DNA from: Candidatus Hydrothermarchaeota archaeon
GTDB taxonomy: Archaea > CAYFZR01
NCBI GenBank assembly: GCA_046760505.1
Contig: JBHIEG010000045.1
Span: 1 to 10,285, forward strand
Direction: 5' to 3'
DNA length: 10,285 nt
Shown piece after piece: positions 6,518 to 10,285 of the stretch. How positions within the stretch are numbered: position 1 is the stretch's first letter; every line of letters begins with the position of its first letter. Under the pieces are notes generated by a model. It was not told the DNA's origin. It searched no databases and was given only the letters and a program-made list of their open reading frames with translations. The translations under genes were made by a program, and so were the position numbers.

Positions 6518-6540
6518 TTAACCCGCCTACTGCTCTGACT
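6491..6540 (-). ncRNA. Relaxed BHB-like structure (no outer helix)
   Basis: AGUC/GACU 4-bp helix with AGA following on both strands, inner GCA/UGC and GUAGGC/GCC(A)UAC pairing; flanks do not pair. Confidence 0.3.
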
Positions 6541-6558
6541 TCTACTTTTAGGGTTCAT

Positions 6559-8502
6559 TCAATCCTCCCAGCTCCTTATAATTTCTTCTATCTCTTTAAC
6601 AGCAACATTAATATCTTGGGAAGTTGGCTTAAATGCGGACAGCTCATCTGATATTTTATTCTTTATGTTATAGTTGACTCCATGAGTATCTAACTTGACC
6701 AACTTATTCTTGATTAGACGTGAGATATTACCCCTATTAATTTCTTCGCCTAACGCTTGAGAAATTCTTTTAAACGGTTTTCGCCTCGATATTATCAAGA
6801 ATTTCAATACCCTTCTTTCCAGAGGAGTTATTTCGTTCACGATCTTCACTATTTTTTTGATTTTCTTTTCGATAAAACCCTTAGCGATTTTCCTCTTTTC
6901 CTCTGATATCCTTGGTTCTTTAATTCTCTTTATTGAAATTGGTTTCTTTGTTCGAGGTTTTCTGATCCTTCTTGGAGCATCAAAGAGTTTTAAAGGCTCT
7001 CTAACGAAGGTTTGAATGTTTATCTTAAAACCTTTTTCAACCAATCCATGAAGTCTACGTCTATACTTATAAAATTCCTCTTCGGTCATAAGAATATCAT
7101 GAACCCTTACTTTAGACATAGAATGAAGTAATCTTCCACTTCTTTGAACTTCTTGACGGATACTAGAGAAAAGGAAGTCCGCCTCTATAATATGCTCCAA
7201 ATCTTTTAAGCTGATTCCATAATCAGCGACCCTGCTTACAACAATAACATTCTGTTTTCTCAAAACTTCTAGTCTTTTTTTAGTTGCACCATAAATGAAG
7301 GGAGTATTTAATTTTCTTGCTATAGTTTTACCAAAATCTATGCCATCCGAGAATATGAGTGTTTTCTTATCAAAATCAACAAGCTCTTTGACTCTCCTAA
7401 TCTTTTCTGTCTGGTTCTTTAAAACATGTACATTAACTTCATGATAGGTTTTACCTAGAATTTTCATCAAAGAAGACCAGTCCTGTCCTAGCGGAAAGCC
7501 TGTAAGTGCGATCACATAATTTGTTCTCCCATCCATTCTGTGAGGTGTTGCTGTGAGTCCAATCCTATATTTTGTTTTTAAGGTTGATAATCTGGCAAAG
7601 GTATTAGCGGGCAAGAAGACAGATTCATCAAAAACTACACAAGTAAATTCCTTTTCTTTAATCTTTTCCCACGCATGATAAGTACAAATTATCGTTTCAT
7701 CTAACAGTCTAGGAGCGTATTTTTCAAGATACTCTTTCCATTGATCGATCAAAGTTCTCGTCGGCGTGATAATAGCTTTTAAACCATTCAGAGAATCCAA
7801 TGCGTACATCGCAAAAAAACTTTTCCCACTCCCAGTAAACCAGTATATACCAACTGCTCCTGTTTCGAGAAATTTTTTAAAAGCATCCATCTGGAAAGAA
7901 TATTTTCCGCTTAGAGTGAAGTTAACCTGAGGCTCTCTTAAATCCTCTCCTGAAACAGGTTTAGGAACAAAAGGCAAACATCCAGACTCAATTATATTTG
8001 CTATTAAATCGAATTCCTTTCCTGTTTTAATTCTTGCCTTTCCCTTTCCCACAGAAGTCAAATATCCTCCATATCTGCTATGAATTATCTCTTCAAACCC
8101 CTCTGGGAATGAAAGAACACCGTCTGTAACCCTTAAATCTAAGGGTTTTTTGAAACCAAATTCTTCTCTCATCCATTCTGGCATTTCTCCAAACCAGGAT
8201 GTATATCTATTGATGATAGAATAATTGTATGTCTCATCAGAATGGTCAAGCCAACCGGCACTAAATTTTATCCATTTTGGAATTATAAGCCACCATTCAT
8301 TTCTTTTCCTTGTTGGTACTGATGCCCAAGATTTCTTCAAGAATTTCTTGAATTCTTCACTATCCAAGTCAATCTTATGTATTTTTGATAGCTCTTTTAA
8401 TTTCTCTACGTACTCGTTCTTTAACTGAGTAACCTCTTTTTCGAGAGTTTTCATATCTCGTTTGATAGTTTCTAGCAATGATGGGATTTTTTCATCAAGC
8501 AT
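6559..8502 (-). CDS. XPB/Rad25-like superfamily 2 helicase with N-terminal coiled coil and C-terminal winged helix
   Basis: Q motif YSFQ, motif I TGSGKS, Ia ITPTRTLIDQW, II VVFDESV (atypical), III GLTATPHRMDG, VI QRSGRLL. Confidence 0.9.
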   Translation of the reverse strand: MLDEKIPSLLETIKRDMKTLEKEVTQLKNEYVEKLKELSKIHKIDLDSEEFKKFLKKSWASVPTRKRNEWWLIIPKWIKFSAGWLDHSDETYNYSIINRYTSWFGEMPEWMREEFGFKKPLDLRVTDGVLSFPEGFEEIIHSRYGGYLTSVGKGKARIKTGKEFDLIANIIESGCLPFVPKPVSGEDLREPQVNFTLSGKYSFQMDAFKKFLETGAVGIYWFTGSGKSFFAMYALDSLNGLKAIITPTRTLIDQWKEYLEKYAPRLLDETIICTYHAWEKIKEKEFTCVVFDESVFLPANTFARLSTLKTKYRIGLTATPHRMDGRTNYVIALTGFPLGQDWSSLMKILGKTYHEVNVHVLKNQTEKIRRVKELVDFDKKTLIFSDGIDFGKTIARKLNTPFIYGATKKRLEVLRKQNVIVVSRVADYGISLKDLEHIIEADFLFSSIRQEVQRSGRLLHSMSKVRVHDILMTEEEFYKYRRRLHGLVEKGFKINIQTFVREPLKLFDAPRRIRKPRTKKPISIKRIKEPRISEEKRKIAKGFIEKKIKKIVKIVNEITPLERRVLKFLIISRRKPFKRISQALGEEINRGNISRLIKNKLVKLDTHGVNYNIKNKISDELSAFKPTSQDINVAVKEIEEIIRSWED

Positions 8503-8509
8503 TTTTAAA

Positions 8510-9367
8510 TCACTTCCATCTTTCTAGAACTAGAGTTTTTGCCCTTTCTCTTAATTTTTGTCTATACTCCGGTGTTAATTTTTTGGGAACTCCTCTCATG
8601 GCACTAATCATCCTGTTTCTTATTAAGGGATTTCGCCACGCCTGTTCAACAGATTCTGAGATTTTATTTTTATGCTGAACACTCATATAGGGGCTTCTTT
8701 TAAGAGTCGATTCAAGTTTATAATGCATAACATTTGGAACGAATGGTTTTATGAGTTCGATGAACTTTTTTTCGTATCTTTTCGTTATTTTTAAGAGATG
8801 CGAGCTTTTGTCTAATCTTACTCTTATACCGAATTTTTTGAAGAAGAACTCTTTGAGCAAATCCAGATCGTCTAAAGAAAATCCATCAGTATGAAAAACA
8901 ACCTCGTTATAGTGAGAACCGTCATCACAAAGCCATATCGCTAGGCCAAGCCCATTTAAATATCCAAGCTCTGATTCTGGAACTCCTTTTTTATCATTTG
9001 GATACCAAATCTTTTTTAAATAAGTTAAGCTTTGACTTGCATTAGTGAATAAAAATCCTTGGAGGAAAATCTTTTCTGTGCCTCGAGGGAATTTTGATTT
9101 TATGTTATATTGATATATCTTAACTTTTAACCATCTTGACAATATTTTTCCTTTCCATTTGAGATACTCTATATTATCAGCATGCTCTTGATAATAGGCA
9201 TTCTTGTAATCTTTAGGGATATAAATACAACCATCACCAAGCATACACCCCACCATAACCTCTCTGAATTTGTTGTCTGAAAGCAAATCATCATTTGGTA
9301 TCCCTCTTCGTCCCCAAGTTTTAGTTTTATAATTTTGGGGCGTTAATTCAATTATCTTATTCTTCAT
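8510..9367 (-). CDS. Free-standing two-motif LAGLIDADG homing endonuclease with basic NUMOD3-like tail
   Basis: MVGCMLGDGCI and GLAIWLCDDGS motifs, YPNDKK.VP linker; tail HKNKISES...TPEYRQKLRE; own GGTGA SD at 9376-9372; no intein termini. Confidence 0.88.
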   Translation of the reverse strand: MKNKIIELTPQNYKTKTWGRRGIPNDDLLSDNKFREVMVGCMLGDGCIYIPKDYKNAYYQEHADNIEYLKWKGKILSRWLKVKIYQYNIKSKFPRGTEKIFLQGFLFTNASQSLTYLKKIWYPNDKKGVPESELGYLNGLGLAIWLCDDGSHYNEVVFHTDGFSLDDLDLLKEFFFKKFGIRVRLDKSSHLLKITKRYEKKFIELIKPFVPNVMHYKLESTLKRSPYMSVQHKNKISESVEQAWRNPLIRNRMISAMRGVPKKLTPEYRQKLRERAKTLVLERWK

Positions 9368-9387
9368 ATCTTCACCAATAGCCTTTC

Positions 9388-9939
9388 TTAGTTTTTAGAA
9401 CCATCCTTTTTACGTATTACAAGGGAAAATGTTGGTATAAAAGACTCATCGGATAAAAAATCAATCTCTTCTTGAGCTCTCATCGCTTCATTTTTCCAAA
9501 AAGTTTTTAATTTTTCATTAGTAGTTTCTTCAGACATGATTACAGCCATACTGAACCTTTGTTGAGCAGAAATAATCTTTTTACAAGTTTCACAAACCTT
9601 CCACCTGGCTAAACTACCATTCGGGTCGGGAATTAGAACTCTGCCTGAGAATATGCCACAATAAACACACTTTCCATCCTTACCTTCAATGATTTTATTA
9701 GATTCTTTATCCATCTCTTCCCAACGCTTTAATATATCTTCTTTTTTAGTTAGTTTTGGATGTTCGCATCCCTCATGGCATCCCCAACCACAGAATGTGC
9801 AGTAAGGCTTATGTGTAATGTTCAACCAAATAAACTGTTTTATCGGATCTATAAAACTCCACCTAAACCAAAAACTAAATCCATCTTTGAACCCGAACAG
9901 TTCTATGCTATGTTTTAAAATTATCCCTCTCATGCCCAT
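9388..9939 (-). CDS. Hypothetical Cys-rich protein with two putative Zn-binding clusters
   Basis: 183-aa ORF: CTFCGWGCHEGCEH and CVYC...CETC. Confidence 0.8.
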   Translation of the reverse strand: MGMRGIILKHSIELFGFKDGFSFWFRWSFIDPIKQFIWLNITHKPYCTFCGWGCHEGCEHPKLTKKEDILKRWEEMDKESNKIIEGKDGKCVYCGIFSGRVLIPDPNGSLARWKVCETCKKIISAQQRFSMAVIMSEETTNEKLKTFWKNEAMRAQEEIDFLSDESFIPTFSLVIRKKDGSKN

Positions 9940-9943
9940 CTCT

Positions 9944-10010
9944 AGATCTGTGGAAACTAGGAGTTAATCATCACCATTACGGCTGTTGGGCTCCTAATCT
10001 CTTCCACTCT
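9944..10010 (-). ncRNA. Second canonical bulge-helix-bulge element (candidate 54-nt excised RNA, 10001-9948)
   Basis: Minus strand: AGA/UCU outer helix, GUGG/CCAC 4-bp helix, AAG (10003-10001) and AGA (9949-9947) bulges, 10-bp inner helix AGAUUAGGAG/CUCCUAGUUU with two G-U pairs. Confidence 0.65.
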
Positions 10011-10023
10011 TTTAATTATACTA

Positions 10024-10254
10024 TCATCCAATATAAGATGGTCTCCACTCTCTCAATATTCTCTCCCAAGTTTCTATGGCTTTTTCTTTTCCCCCTTCAA
10101 CTGTGATTCCTTTTCTCTCTAGTCCTTCTACAATCTCTCTTGGTGTAACAATTTTGTTCGGATTTTCCAAACAACCACACTCAATCATTACTTCTATTAT
10201 AGCTTGTCTTAATTCTTTATATGTAATCTTTTTGTCATTCTTTTCATTTTTCAT
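10024..10254 (-). CDS. Hypothetical protein, possible (winged) HTH DNA-binding protein
   Basis: 76-aa ORF; LRQAIIEVM...VTPREIVEGLERKG resembles a wHTH pattern; double stop TGA TAG. Confidence 0.7.
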   Translation of the reverse strand: MKNEKNDKKITYKELRQAIIEVMIECGCLENPNKIVTPREIVEGLERKGITVEGGKEKAIETWERILREWRPSYIG

Positions 10255-10285
10255 TCAAACACAACACCAAAATCTTTCTTCGTAA

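Larger units (their letters stand above)
1..10285. mobile_element. Probable archaeal virus/provirus/plasmid replication region (boundaries outside window)
   Basis: Divergent MCM, AAA+/wHTH ATPase, Hjc, XPB-like helicase, homing endonuclease and many tiny tightly coupled ORFs; archaeal TATA-like promoters and a GGTGA SD; no ordinary housekeeping context. Inference only: no structural genes, integrase or att sites seen. Confidence 0.6.

Noticed and set aside
8503-9387. LAGLIDADG gene inside an intron or intein
   Set aside because: Flanking spacers are 7 and 20 nt and do not pair; neighbouring genes look complete; no intein terminal residues.
8225-10285. Plus-strand ORFs 8225-8428, 8478-8678, 10076-10285
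   Set aside because: Antisense to well-supported minus-strand genes, with no motifs.

Overview
AT-rich archaeal DNA that reads like the replication region of an archaeal virus, provirus or plasmid-like element (inferred from gene content; no capsid, integrase or att site lies in the window). Most genes are on the minus strand. In transcription order they are: small hypotheticals, a free-standing LAGLIDADG endonuclease, an XPB/Rad25-like SF2 helicase, a membrane-anchored clan CD (gingipain/caspase-fold) peptidase, an unannotated 44-aa gene, an AT-rich intergenic region with a candidate origin, an AAA+ ATPase with winged helix (Orc1/Cdc6-like by context), MCM, two hypotheticals and an Hjc resolvase. 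Hjc converges on a chain of unannotated plus-strand microgenes that includes a 35-aa C2HC zinc finger. The most unusual signal is in the gene junctions of the minus-strand transcript. Two spacers (756-845 and 9944-10010) fold by hand into canonical bulge-helix-bulge (BHB) motifs, the substrate of the archaeal tRNA-splicing endonuclease, and a third (6491-6540) gives a relaxed version. Canonical splicing of the first would remove 71 nt and join an upstream AUG in frame to hjc. This suggests mRNA introns or EndA-processed circular RNAs in a mobile element. All folding and motif calls were made by eye; no database search was run.
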